This document shows positions 7,774-17,413 of a stretch of DNA of 57,433 nt, in pieces. The stretch is from an uncultured bacterium (GTDB taxonomy: Bacteria > Verrucomicrobiota > Verrucomicrobiia > Limisphaerales > JACDHS01). A model generated the notes under the pieces. That model was not told the DNA's origin, ran no database searches, and worked only from the letters and a program-made list of their open reading frames with translations. Each line of letters opens with the position of its first letter. The stretch's first letter is position 1. The stretch is taken from the NCBI GenBank assembly GCA_966095605.1, contig CBHTTJ010000003.1, positions 1 through 57,433 of the forward strand, read 5' to 3'. The translations under genes were made by a program, and so were the position numbers.

Positions 7774-9105
7774 ATGCGTTTTCTCTACAACATTCTGTTT
7801 CTGTTCTTTTTTGCGCTCAGTGCGCCGTACTACTTCTTCAAGATGTGGCGGCGCGGGGACTGGCGCGGGGGTTTTTGGCAACGATTTGGAAGTTATGATT
7901 CGAAAATTAAACAGGCGCTCACAAATCGCCATGTGATTTGGTTTCATGCGGTCAGCGTGGGCGAAGTCAACGTTTGCGCCCAGTTGATCCATGCTCTGGA
8001 ACCACGCGTTCCGAATCTGAAAATTGTTGTCTCCACCACTACGTCCACGGGCATGGGTGAACTTAAGAAGCGTCTGCCGGCGCACGTCACACGCATTTAT
8101 TACCCGATCGATCGCCGGAAATTTGTTCGTCGCGCGCTGAATACGATTGCTCCGGAGGCGATTGTTTTGGTGGAGGCGGAAATCTGGCCGAATTTCCTTT
8201 GGCGCGCGATCGATAGAGACATCCCTTTGTTACTCGTCAACGCGCGGCTCTCCGAGAAATCATTTCGTGGTTACAACCGCTTTCGCTTCCTGTTTGCACC
8301 CATTTTCCAAAAGTTCTGCGGAATTGGAGCGCAAAATGAATCGGATGCAAAACGCCTCGTCGATCTTGGCTTTCGCCGGGAAGCGGTTCACACGTTCGGC
8401 AATTTGAAATTTGATGCGGTGAAGCTGGAAACCGGCCGACCGCTCGATGTCGCAGACCTTTTGAAAAGGGTGGGGGTGAAGGAAGACGCGCCGGTGTTTG
8501 TCGCCGGCAGCACGCATTCCGGGGAAGAAAAAATCCTCGCCGAAATGTTCATGCGCTTGAAAAAGCGTTTTCCCGATTTGTTTTTTATCCTGGTGCCGCG
8601 TCATACCGAACGGACCCGCGACGTCATGCGTGATCTCAAGAACTCCAAGGTTTCCTATGTCTGCCGTTCGGAAGTTCTGACCGTCACCGCGAACAAGAAG
8701 CATTCGTTCGATTGCCTGCTCGTGAATACGACCGGCGAACTGATGCATTTCTACAAGCGAGCCGACGTGGTGTTTGTTGGGAAAAGTTTGACCGCAAAAG
8801 GCGGGCAGAATCCGATCGAACCGGGTGCCTTGGGTAAAGCGATGGTATTTGGCCCGCATATGGAGAACTTTGCTCCCATTGCCGAAGGTTTTGTGAAGAA
8901 CCACGGCGCTGTGCAGGTGCGCAATGCTGAGGAGCTTGAAGTGGCTGTCGGCGAATTGCTGGCGGATTCGATGCGACGCAAGGAATTGGGCAAGAATGCG
9001 CTGGCGGTTGTGAAGATGAACCAGGGCGCCGTCGCAAAAACAGTGGAGATGATCGTCGAGCAGTTAAGGTCCGCCGAAGTCCTCACTCACATATCGTCCA
9101 AGTAA
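7774..9105 (+). CDS. waaA: 3-deoxy-D-manno-octulosonic acid (Kdo) transferase
   Basis: IWFHAVSVGE, EAEIWPN, VNARLS, GNLKFD, AGSTH, LVPRH, GGQNPIEP motifs. Confidence 0.95.
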   Translation: MRFLYNILFLFFFALSAPYYFFKMWRRGDWRGGFWQRFGSYDSKIKQALTNRHVIWFHAVSVGEVNVCAQLIHALEPRVPNLKIVVSTTTSTGMGELKKRLPAHVTRIYYPIDRRKFVRRALNTIAPEAIVLVEAEIWPNFLWRAIDRDIPLLLVNARLSEKSFRGYNRFRFLFAPIFQKFCGIGAQNESDAKRLVDLGFRREAVHTFGNLKFDAVKLETGRPLDVADLLKRVGVKEDAPVFVAGSTHSGEEKILAEMFMRLKKRFPDLFFILVPRHTERTRDVMRDLKNSKVSYVCRSEVLTVTANKKHSFDCLLVNTTGELMHFYKRADVVFVGKSLTAKGGQNPIEPGALGKAMVFGPHMENFAPIAEGFVKNHGAVQVRNAEELEVAVGELLADSMRRKELGKNALAVVKMNQGAVAKTVEMIVEQLRSAEVLTHISSK

Positions 9106-9713
9106 AGACGGCGATTCCGCCAGAGATAAATCGTTCCCGAGATAATCGTCAGCAACACGGCCACCCACTTGGCTAATTCGGTAAACCAGACTACCCACGG
9201 GACATTGCCGATCAGGTGAAAACCGAAGATTGATCCGAGGACACCCCATTGTGGATAGCTCGCAAGCACGAGCACGGAAATGATGGCGACGATTTGCGAA
9301 ATGGTCTTGTGCTTTCCATAACGTTCCGCGGCCAGCACGACATTTTTAGAAGCTGCCAGCATGCGGAGTCCCGTAATTGCCAGTTCTCGCGCGACAACGA
9401 CCACCGCCATCCAGGCGGGCATCCACGCGTGTGGTGGCATACCTCGATGGTCCGGCAGGTCAGCACGATTGACGAAAGAGATAAATGCGGAGCAGACGAG
9501 AATTTTATCGGCCAGCGGATCCATCAGAATGCCGAAATTGGTAATGAGTTTGTCGCGGCGTGCGATTTTTCCATCGAAATAATCGGTCAAGCTCGCGATG
9601 CAGAAGACGATCAGGGCGACTGTTTCGTGATAGGGCACGCGCGAAAAAATGACGGTAAGAAATACGACCGTGAGGACAAAACGCGAGACCGTCAGTTTGT
9701 TCGGCAAATTCAT
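9087..9713 (-). CDS. pgsA: CDP-diacylglycerol--glycerol-3-phosphate 3-phosphatidyltransferase
   Basis: MNLPNKLT start; TDYFDGKIAR...FGILMDPLADK CDP-alcohol phosphotransferase motif; ARELAITGLR. Confidence 0.93.
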   Translation of the reverse strand: MNLPNKLTVSRFVLTVVFLTVIFSRVPYHETVALIVFCIASLTDYFDGKIARRDKLITNFGILMDPLADKILVCSAFISFVNRADLPDHRGMPPHAWMPAWMAVVVVARELAITGLRMLAASKNVVLAAERYGKHKTISQIVAIISVLVLASYPQWGVLGSIFGFHLIGNVPWVVWFTELAKWVAVLLTIISGTIYLWRNRRLYLDDM

Positions 9714-9810
9714 CGATAACTTTTTCGTTGGGTGCACAGTCCCAAAGCGTGGGCACTTTGACAACGGGGAAACGGAGGATGCGAGCAAAATCTATCGAAT
9801 GGAAGGAACC

Positions 9811-10455
9811 TTAACGAGCGACCTGAAACATCTGCGCCGAAAAGAATTGTTCCACCGCTGCGGCGCAGGACGGACTCAGCTGTTGCCAGAGGTCGTCACA
9901 CGCATTTTTCGGCAGGCGATGAGTGAGGGCAGCGGTGAAGGCAAACCCCCGGAGGACCTGTTCGGCGTAGAAGTTCAGTCCCTGACGTAAGGGCAAAGAA
10001 TAGACGGCAATGCTCATGCCGTAGACCAGTGTGTGCCAGCCATTCGCTTCGCCGGAATCCACCGCTTGCAAATAGCGTTGCACGAAACGTTCGCGCATCG
10101 GACGGAAGCGTCGGAGATGAATATTGCCCACCCTCTTACTGGCACTGGCGAAATTTTGCAGGCGCGGTTCAGAGGAAAGCTGTTGATCCAGCGCAACCAA
10201 CTCACGGCATTCATTGCGCAGCGTGTGGTTGTAAGCCCGATGAATCGCGGTAAGTTCCACGGGAATCAAAACCTGCGTCTGGTAATCCGCGAGAAACTTT
10301 TCCAGGGCCGCGACGGAGGTAACATCGCGCAGTTCCGGGAAAACGCCGGTGAAGGCAAAATTCTCATCCGTCGACCCGAGTTGTTCGAGCAGCCCGCGCA
10401 GTTCTCCTTTAAAGGAAGCCTGCTCGTTCACCAATGCTGCTGCGTTTCGAATCAT
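9811..10455 (-). CDS. UreF-like (urease accessory family) helical protein
   Basis: Pattern LVALDQQL...FASASKRVG...GWHTLVYG resembles the UreF core. Start moved to ATG 10455. Confidence 0.55.
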   Translation of the reverse strand: MIRNAAALVNEQASFKGELRGLLEQLGSTDENFAFTGVFPELRDVTSVAALEKFLADYQTQVLIPVELTAIHRAYNHTLRNECRELVALDQQLSSEPRLQNFASASKRVGNIHLRRFRPMRERFVQRYLQAVDSGEANGWHTLVYGMSIAVYSLPLRQGLNFYAEQVLRGFAFTAALTHRLPKNACDDLWQQLSPSCAAAVEQFFSAQMFQVAR

Positions 10456-10598
10456 ATTCGGGTTATTGGCATGAATCCTACTCACGAAAAAAAACCGGTC
10501 GAGTCGTAAAGTTTTCTCAGAAAAAGTAAATTTCTTGACACCCAAACTCGCACACAAATTTCAACCGGCGAGAAAAACTTTCGGTCGTGCAAACCCAT

Positions 10599-10627
10599 TT
10601 GATTGTCGGCGGAATTTGGATTAGACT
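10599..10627 (+). promoter_or_regulatory. Sigma70-type promoter
   Basis: TTGATT (10599-10604), 17 bp, TAGACT (10622-10627); 10 nt upstream of ATG 10638. Confidence 0.55.
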
Positions 10628-10637
10628 CTCCGCTCCC

Positions 10638-10943
10638 ATGAGCCAATTGACACGTCATTGCCATAAATGCGGCTGGGAATATTCCATCAAAGGAAACCCG
10701 GGCCGCAGCGAAAGCTGCCACCAGTGCGGTTCTGATCTACGTGTCTGCCTGAATTGCATTTATTACGAGCGCTCCGTGGCGCATCAGTGTCGCGAACGCC
10801 GTGCCGAACCGGTGGCGGAAAAGCACGTCGGGAATTTTTGTGAATGGTTTGATTTCCTTCGGCGTGAATGGAAAGGTGCTGGCGCGGCCGATGCGCGGGA
10901 AGCTTCAGCGCGCGACGCGTTGAAAAAGCTGCTCGGTGACTGA
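10638..10943 (+). CDS. Small Cys-rich (putative zinc-binding) hypothetical protein
   Basis: CHKC, CHQC, CLNC plus two further Cys (HQCRE, NFCEWF). Confidence 0.8.
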   Translation: MSQLTRHCHKCGWEYSIKGNPGRSESCHQCGSDLRVCLNCIYYERSVAHQCRERRAEPVAEKHVGNFCEWFDFLRREWKGAGAADAREASARDALKKLLGD

Positions 10944-11044
10944 GAGTGAAAACTAAATTCCTTGCGACGCCCATTCGCGGTGTTGTTAAATAGACTCATC
11001 CCAGCGCCACTTGTAGCGGCGCCATTATCCCAATCGACCGCGCT

Positions 11045-12607
11045 ATGAGTTCGATGCTAAACCGTTCTGTTTCGAAGACCGATGCTCCCGCCCTTTACGC
11101 CGAGGTTAAGAATTGCAACACGCGGTACGATTACGTCGGCGCCACCGAAATCCTGAAACGCATCAACAAACTCGAGCCGACGAACGACAAAATCCTCGTC
11201 GAACTGGGAGCTGCCTACGCCAAGGCCTACGATTTCGAACAGGCGCATAAATATTTCAACGAGGGCATCCGTATTTCCCAACAAAAAGCCGAAGCGATCA
11301 CCGCTGTCGCTCACCATTGGCTGGAGGTCCGTAATTTTGAAGTCGCGAAGCAATATTTCGAGATGTTGCTGAAGGAACAAAAGATTCCGCTCGTAACGTT
11401 CGTCCGCCTCACAGAAATCCTCATCCGCATGCGTCGACTCGACGACGCGATGTACATGACGCAGTGGGGACTGGAAATTTACAAGACGCATGAAGCGATC
11501 TGGCTGGTGCGGGCAAAAGTGCATCGTCAACGCAAGGAATTTACCGAAGCCGAGAAATTGCTCCGGACGCTTTCCGCCAAACCGGATCACGACGGCCAGG
11601 TGCGGGCCGCCGCGTGGTATGAACTTGGCGCGCTCTACGATCAACAGGCTCGTTACCAGGAAGCGATGAGCTGCTTCGTGGAGGCGAAGAAGTTGATGAA
11701 TCAGAGTTCGAGTGCCCCGGCGTCGTTGAAGATTTTGCGCAACAAACAAAAGAACATGCGCGAAATGTGCGAGAACGTGACGCCCGCGCTCATTGAACGC
11801 TGGCGCAAACAAGGTAAATCGGAATTGCAACCGGCCCGGCGACTCGCGTTGCTGGGCGGTCACGCACGTTCTGGAACGACCTTGCTGGAATACGTTTTGG
11901 AGGCACATCCGGATGTCATCGCGACGGAAGAAACGATGATTTATCACAACGTGGCCTATTATCCGATCGGTAAAAGCGTCACGCCCAATAGTTCTTTCCT
12001 TTCGATCATTGATTGGATGTCGCCGCGTATCGCCCGGCAGATTCGGGCCGATTATTTTCGAGGAACAGAGTCCTATCTCGGAGAACCCATTGGTGACCGG
12101 TTGTTGTTGGATAAAAATCCCGCGAACACGTTCGATATCCCATCACTCGCTCGCATTTTCCCGGAAATGAAGTTTGTCATCGCGCTGCGTGATCCACGCG
12201 ACGTTTGCATCAGCTGCTTCACTCAACCAGTGCCGATCATTCCCGACACTTCGTCATGGTTGAGCCTCGAAGGCACCATTAATCACTACACTTATATTAT
12301 GGGAATCTGGTTGGAGTGGCGGAAGGTGATTGGCGATCTCGGTCTCGAAGTCCGCTATGAAGACATGGTGGAGAATCTTGAACCCGTGGCTCGGAAATCC
12401 TTGGATTTTCTCGGCCTCCCTTGGAATGAGAAAGTGCTTCGCTTCAATGAGCACGCGAGCAGCAAAATCGTTAAATCTCCCACTTACGCCGAGGTGACGA
12501 AGCCGATCTTCAAGACAGCCGTCGGACGCTGGCAGAATTACCGACTCTATTTCGAACCCTACCTGAAAACGCTCGAACCATTCCTGAAAGCGTTTGGTTA
12601 CGAGTAG
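11045..12607 (+). CDS. TPR-repeat sulfotransferase
   Basis: N-terminal TPR-like helices; PAPS-binding GHARSGTTLL, DKNP, RDPRDVCIS, VRYEDMV, FLGLPW. Confidence 0.92.
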   Translation: MSSMLNRSVSKTDAPALYAEVKNCNTRYDYVGATEILKRINKLEPTNDKILVELGAAYAKAYDFEQAHKYFNEGIRISQQKAEAITAVAHHWLEVRNFEVAKQYFEMLLKEQKIPLVTFVRLTEILIRMRRLDDAMYMTQWGLEIYKTHEAIWLVRAKVHRQRKEFTEAEKLLRTLSAKPDHDGQVRAAAWYELGALYDQQARYQEAMSCFVEAKKLMNQSSSAPASLKILRNKQKNMREMCENVTPALIERWRKQGKSELQPARRLALLGGHARSGTTLLEYVLEAHPDVIATEETMIYHNVAYYPIGKSVTPNSSFLSIIDWMSPRIARQIRADYFRGTESYLGEPIGDRLLLDKNPANTFDIPSLARIFPEMKFVIALRDPRDVCISCFTQPVPIIPDTSSWLSLEGTINHYTYIMGIWLEWRKVIGDLGLEVRYEDMVENLEPVARKSLDFLGLPWNEKVLRFNEHASSKIVKSPTYAEVTKPIFKTAVGRWQNYRLYFEPYLKTLEPFLKAFGYE

Positions 12608-12687
12608 TGCTGGAAGAAGATGGTCAAAAACAGCCATTTTTGATCCCAATCCCGGTAAACCGCTGATTTACAGGCTTGTAAAAACGT

Positions 12688-13470
12688 CTGCTAACGTTGC
12701 AGCGGAGAATTTCATCCTGAAAATGGACCTGTTAACGTCAGCAGCACTCAATTTCGTCCTGAAAAGTGACCTGCTAAGGTTAGCAGCACCCAATTACATC
12801 CTGAAAAACGACCTGCTAAGGTTAACAGATGCCTTTTTCGTTCTGAAAAGTGACCTGCCAAACTTAGCAACACCCAATTTCATTCTGAAAAGCGACCTGC
12901 TAACGTTAACAGGTGCCAAATTCATCCTGAAAATCGGGCTGCTAAACTTAGCAGGTGCTTTTTCAGGATGAAATTCTCTGCTGCAACGTTATCAGGTGTC
13001 TTTTTCATCGTGAAATTTTGTGCTGCGGGCTGGTTTTTCTCGCCGTCATCCTGAAAAACGACCCGTTAAGGTTAGCAGCTGCTTTTTTCATTCTGAAAAT
13101 TGACCCGCTAGACATAGCAACACCCCAATTCATTCTGAAAAGCGACCTGCGAACGTTAGCAGGTGCCAAATTCATCCTGAAAACCGGGCCGCTAAATTTA
13201 GCAGGTGCTTTTTCAGGACGAAATTCACTGCTGCAAGGTCATCAGGCGTGTTTTTTATTGTGAAATTTTGTGCTGCGGGCCGGTTTTGGTCGCCGTTAGC
13301 GTGAAATTGGGCGTGCAAAGTTTGCAGGGGAAAATTTCATTTTGAAATCGGCGCCGCTTATCTCGTAACGGTCGCCGTCAGGATGTTTTTGGCTGAAACT
13401 GGCTTACCGGAGGCTTTTCCGTCGTGAAATTTGCTTTCATGCGGATAGCGGGGACATTTTCTGCCTGAAA
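12688..13470. repeat. Degenerate tandem array, 41-42-bp period, about 19 units, two alternating palindromes (CTGCTAACGTTAGCAG and TTTCA-N3-TGAAA)
   Basis: TTTCATCCTGAAA-like sites at 12710, 12752, 12794, 12836, 12878, 12920, 12961, 13003, 13044, 13086, 13128, 13170, 13211, 13253, 13294, 13335, 13376, 13417, 13458. CTGCTAACGTTAGCAG-like sites at 12688, 12729, 12771, 12813, 12855, 12897, 12939 and onward. Confidence 0.92.
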
Positions 13471-13596
13471 TGACGTCTTCCGGCCTGAGCGGAGTCCCAT
13501 GCGCCGCAGGGATAAACCGCTGCTGACGCCCTACTTACATTTTCCATTACAAATTTAATTTTATGGGTTACAGTCCCGCCACTCGGTCTCCCTGAT

Positions 13597-15690
13597 ATGA
13601 AAAATTTAAAAGTCTGGCAGAAACTTGCCTTGTTGGGATTGTTGTTCCTCATCCCCTTCGCGGTAGTCACGTACAAGCTGGTATCGTCTGTAAATACGCT
13701 CGGCATTGAATTCGCCAGGCAGGAAATCCGGGGGGTTGAATATATTGACCGCCTGACTGCTTTGCTTAATGACGTGCAGGACCATCGCGATCTGGTCGCG
13801 TTTGTTTCGGTCAATGAGAGTGCCAATGCTGATCTCAAAACCAAGACTTCAGAAATTGAGCGCGACCTTAAAAGTATCGATGAGATCGAGCAACGTTATG
13901 GCGACATATTAAAAACTGAAAATAATTGGTCGGCGCTGCGGGCCGGTGTTGTTGATCTGCTGAAATCGTCGGCCGGGGCAGATAGTTTTGATCGGCACAG
14001 TAAATTGGTCGCCGAGATAATCAGTTTTCTAAATCACATTGGGGATACTTCGAATCTTACTCTCGATCCCGATGTGGACAGTTATTACCTGATGAGCATT
14101 TACCAGTTCGATGGTCCTAAACTTGCCGAAAAAATATCCCGTGCCCGATGCGTCGGAGTCGTTGCTGTGGATGAAAAAGCGGCGGGTGAAAGGATTTCTG
14201 AACTTCAACGCGATGGGACTCTCGGCGATTACCTTCTGAACTCAATTAATGATTCGTTCGATAAAGCCCTCGCCGCGACACCTAATTTGAAGAGCAAATT
14301 GGAAGCGTCACAGAGAACGACTCACACCGTTGCTTCACAAAGCCTGAATCAGATCCTGCAGGCTGCGGGTGCCACGGGGAAGATCGATAGCTCTGCGTAT
14401 TTTCAAGACCTTAGTGGCAGTATGCATGTCCTCTACAAGATGCATGCGGATGTCGGCGGTGCATTGACTGGTCTTTTAAACGCGCGCATTCAAAGAGAGC
14501 AGGGCGAAGTGAATAAAACGCTGCTGTTCGCAGGTTTGGGCTTGGCCATTGTGTTGATCATTGGATTCTTCATCATGCGCGATATCACTCAGCCTTTGAA
14601 TGAAGTCGTGTCTGTGGCCAATCAGATCGCGAGTGGCAACCTCGCCGTGCAGACCTCGACCGCCGATCGTCGCGACGAACTGGGTGCCTTGTCCCGGGCT
14701 TTCAATCAAATGACCGGGGCTTTGCGCGATATGTCTCGCACGGTTGAAGAAATTGCCTCTGGTAATCTTACCGTCAAAGTGAAGGCGCAATCAGAGCGCG
14801 ACGTGATGGGCAACGCGTTGACCACGATGGTGGATCGTCTTTCCACCCTCGCTGGCCAGGTGCAAAAATCTTCCACACAGGTCAATACCTCCATTCAGGA
14901 CATTGCTGCCACCTCGAAAGAACAGCAGGCAACGGCGAGCGAGATCGCGGCTACCACCACGGAAATCGGCGCCACCTCCAAGGAAATTTCCGCAACGTCG
15001 AAAGAATTGGCCAAGACCATGAACGATGTCGCGAAGGTCGCGGAAGAAACGGCCACGATGGCCGGTTCAAGTCAGGACGCCTTGGCGCGCATGGAAGAAA
15101 CGATGCGTCATATCACCGACGCCGCCGGCCAGATCAGTTCCAAGCTCAGTGTCCTGAACGAAAAAGCAGGCAACATCAATCAGGTCGTGACGACCATTAC
15201 CAAAGTCGCTGATCAGACAAATCTTCTTTCGCTCAATGCGGCGATCGAGGCCGAGAAAGCAGGAGAATACGGACGGGGCTTTGCGGTTGTCGCCACCGAG
15301 ATTCGCCGCCTTGCGGACCAGACCGCTGTTGCGACTTATGACATCGAGCAGATTGTGAAAGAAATGCAATCAGCGGTGTCCGCGGGAGTGATGGGAATGG
15401 ATAAATTTTCTGAAGAAGTTCGCCGTGGCGTGGCTGACGTGCAACAAGTCAGCAAACAACTCGTCAGCATTATCGAACAAGTGCAGGCCTTGACCCCGCA
15501 ATTCGAAAGTGTCACCGACGGCATGCAATCACAGTCCGTGGGCGCGCAGCAAATCAGTGAAGCCTTGCTGCAACTCACGGAATCCGCCCAACAAACCGTT
15601 GAATCGCTGCGTTTGTCGAATCAGACGATCGATCAACTGCGCGATGCGGCCGGTGGAATGCAGAACAGTATTTCCCGTTTCAAAGTTTAA
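13597..15690 (+). CDS. wspA: Methyl-accepting chemotaxis protein, WspA-like
   Basis: TM-periplasmic-TM-HAMP-MCP layout; hairpin tip [37 protein letters not shown]; first gene of a Wsp-order operon. Confidence 0.9.
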   Translation: MKNLKVWQKLALLGLLFLIPFAVVTYKLVSSVNTLGIEFARQEIRGVEYIDRLTALLNDVQDHRDLVAFVSVNESANADLKTKTSEIERDLKSIDEIEQRYGDILKTENNWSALRAGVVDLLKSSAGADSFDRHSKLVAEIISFLNHIGDTSNLTLDPDVDSYYLMSIYQFDGPKLAEKISRARCVGVVAVDEKAAGERISELQRDGTLGDYLLNSINDSFDKALAATPNLKSKLEASQRTTHTVASQSLNQILQAAGATGKIDSSAYFQDLSGSMHVLYKMHADVGGALTGLLNARIQREQGEVNKTLLFAGLGLAIVLIIGFFIMRDITQPLNEVVSVANQIASGNLAVQTSTADRRDELGALSRAFNQMTGALRDMSRTVEEIASGNLTVKVKAQSERDVMGNALTTMVDRLSTLAGQVQKSSTQVNTSIQDIAATSKEQQATASEIAATTTEIGATSKEISATSKELAKTMNDVAKVAEETATMAGSSQDALARMEETMRHITDAAGQISSKLSVLNEKAGNINQVVTTITKVADQTNLLSLNAAIEAEKAGEYGRGFAVVATEIRRLADQTAVATYDIEQIVKEMQSAVSAGVMGMDKFSEEVRRGVADVQQVSKQLVSIIEQVQALTPQFESVTDGMQSQSVGAQQISEALLQLTESAQQTVESLRLSNQTIDQLRDAAGGMQNSISRFKV

Positions 15691-15702
15691 CTCGCCGCGT
15701 TC

Positions 15703-16170
15703 ATGCTCTACCTCCTGTTTGAACTGGGAGCGAACCGGTTTGCCATTGAAGCGACCCAGGTCGTGGAAATGCTGCCGCTGGTTCAGATCAGCAAGATGCC
15801 GCACGCACCCGTCGGCATCGCTGGTTTTTTCAATTATCGCGGCACTTTGGTCCCCGTTATTGACCTGACACAACTGTTGACGTCTCAACCGGCCCAACAT
15901 CGATTGAGCACTCGGATTATTTTAGTCAGCTTTGTCGACCAGAGCGGCATTTCCCGTTTTGCGGGTTTAATCGCGGAACAAGCTACTACAACCATACAGC
16001 GGGAATGTATGGATTTTGTGCAGTCTGGAATTTCGACAAAAAGCCTTTCGTTTATTGGTCCAGTGGCTATCGACGGCAAGGGCTTTATCCATTTGATCGA
16101 TCCCGGAAAATTGTTGATGGAGCGGGCACATGACCTGCTCGCGTATTTGCCGAAGGAGGCGGTCAAATGA
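15703..16170 (+). CDS. wspB: CheW-family coupling protein, WspB-like
   Basis: AGFFNYRGTLVPVIDL, STRIILV; operon position. Confidence 0.87.
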   Translation: MLYLLFELGANRFAIEATQVVEMLPLVQISKMPHAPVGIAGFFNYRGTLVPVIDLTQLLTSQPAQHRLSTRIILVSFVDQSGISRFAGLIAEQATTTIQRECMDFVQSGISTKSLSFIGPVAIDGKGFIHLIDPGKLLMERAHDLLAYLPKEAVK

Positions 16171-17402
16171 CGTTCGCGGAGCTGGAAAATATGTTGAAGG
16201 AAACCATTGGATTGGATTCGTCCACCATTGGTTCCGGAGCCATTCACCGCGCCGTCAAGGACCGGATGAAAACCATCGGTTCTAATAGTGTTGAAGGCTA
16301 TTGGAATACGGTTTGCACTTCTCCCGAGGAGCTTCAGGAATTGGTGGAAGCCGTTGTGATTCCTGAAACCTGGTTCTTCCGGGATGCGCCTGCGTTTACC
16401 GCCCTCACCAAATTTGTCTGGGACGAATGGCGTTCCAAAAATTCCAATGGCATTCTTCGCGTTTTAAGTTTGCCCTGTTCCACGGGCGAAGAGCCTTACT
16501 CACTCGCGATCGCTCTGCGGGATTGCGGTGTGCAATTTCAGGTGGACGCAATTGATATCAGTCATCGTTCGCTGAGTCGTGCGAAGAAGGGGATTTTCGG
16601 TCGCAATTCGTTTCGAGGAGGAGACCTGGGATTTCGCGACACATATTTCACTAAAAAGGGAAACGTTTTTGAACTCAATGGAGGCATCCGTTGTTGCGTT
16701 AATTTTGAGCAGGGCAATGTGCTCGAAGAAAATTTCGGGTCCGGCCGGTCGAAATACGATTTCATCTTTTGCCGTAATCTTTTGATTTATTTTGATGCGG
16801 CAACGCAGCGGCGAGCCTTCGCGGCGATTAAGGCCTTGTTGAAAGACGAGGGAGCTCTCTTCGTTGGCCCCTCTGAAGGTGCGGCGGCTGCGAACCATGG
16901 CTTTTCCTCGGCGAAAATTCCCATGGCGTTCGCCTTCCGCAAAGCGGAATCGAAAACTGCGGTCCTTGACTCGAAGCCGAAGGAAAAGCTGACGAGAACG
17001 ACCCCTGTTGTTTTTAAATCGGCACCACGGCCAGAAAAGCCGCGTGTTGTTCCGGCGCCTGTTCAAGTCGTTGCACCTCGAGCTGCGGAAGTGGAACTCA
17101 ATCTGGATTCGGCTCTCGAATCTGCGGACGCGGGGAAGTTGGAGCAAGCCTCGCAAATCTGCCATGCGCACATTCGCAAGAACGGCGCTTCTGCCCAGGC
17201 ATATTATTTGTTGGGACTGGTCCAGGATGCGAGCAATTGCAAAGAACAGGCGCGGGAGTTTTATCGAAAAGCTTTGTATTTGCAGCCGGATCACTATGAC
17301 GCGCTGATGCACCTTGCTCTTTTGACTGCGTCTCTCGGAGACGCCAACGGCGCGCGGTTGTTGCAGGCGCGGGCTGAACGTGTGAAACAATTGAGTAAAT
17401 GA
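16167..17402 (+). CDS. wspC: CheR methyltransferase with C-terminal TPR, WspC-like
   Basis: VIPETWFFRD, SLPCSTGEEPYS, IFCRNLLIYFD; TPR segment AYYLLGL...YRKALYLQPDH. Confidence 0.92.
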   Translation: MTFAELENMLKETIGLDSSTIGSGAIHRAVKDRMKTIGSNSVEGYWNTVCTSPEELQELVEAVVIPETWFFRDAPAFTALTKFVWDEWRSKNSNGILRVLSLPCSTGEEPYSLAIALRDCGVQFQVDAIDISHRSLSRAKKGIFGRNSFRGGDLGFRDTYFTKKGNVFELNGGIRCCVNFEQGNVLEENFGSGRSKYDFIFCRNLLIYFDAATQRRAFAAIKALLKDEGALFVGPSEGAAAANHGFSSAKIPMAFAFRKAESKTAVLDSKPKEKLTRTTPVVFKSAPRPEKPRVVPAPVQVVAPRAAEVELNLDSALESADAGKLEQASQICHAHIRKNGASAQAYYLLGLVQDASNCKEQAREFYRKALYLQPDHYDALMHLALLTASLGDANGARLLQARAERVKQLSK

Positions 17403-17413
17403 TCATCGAATAA

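Noticed and set aside
12594-13263. ORFs 12594-12971 and 12955-13263 with 14-aa pseudo-repeats (FILKSDLL...)
   Set aside because: They translate the 42-bp units; 41-bp steps shift the frame, units invert, and conservation follows DNA palindromes. Not fully excluded without proteomics.
188-13470. Either array as a CRISPR array
   Set aside because: Repeats are degenerate and flip orientation, the period is only 41-42 bp, inter-repeat segments are related to each other, and no cas genes are present.
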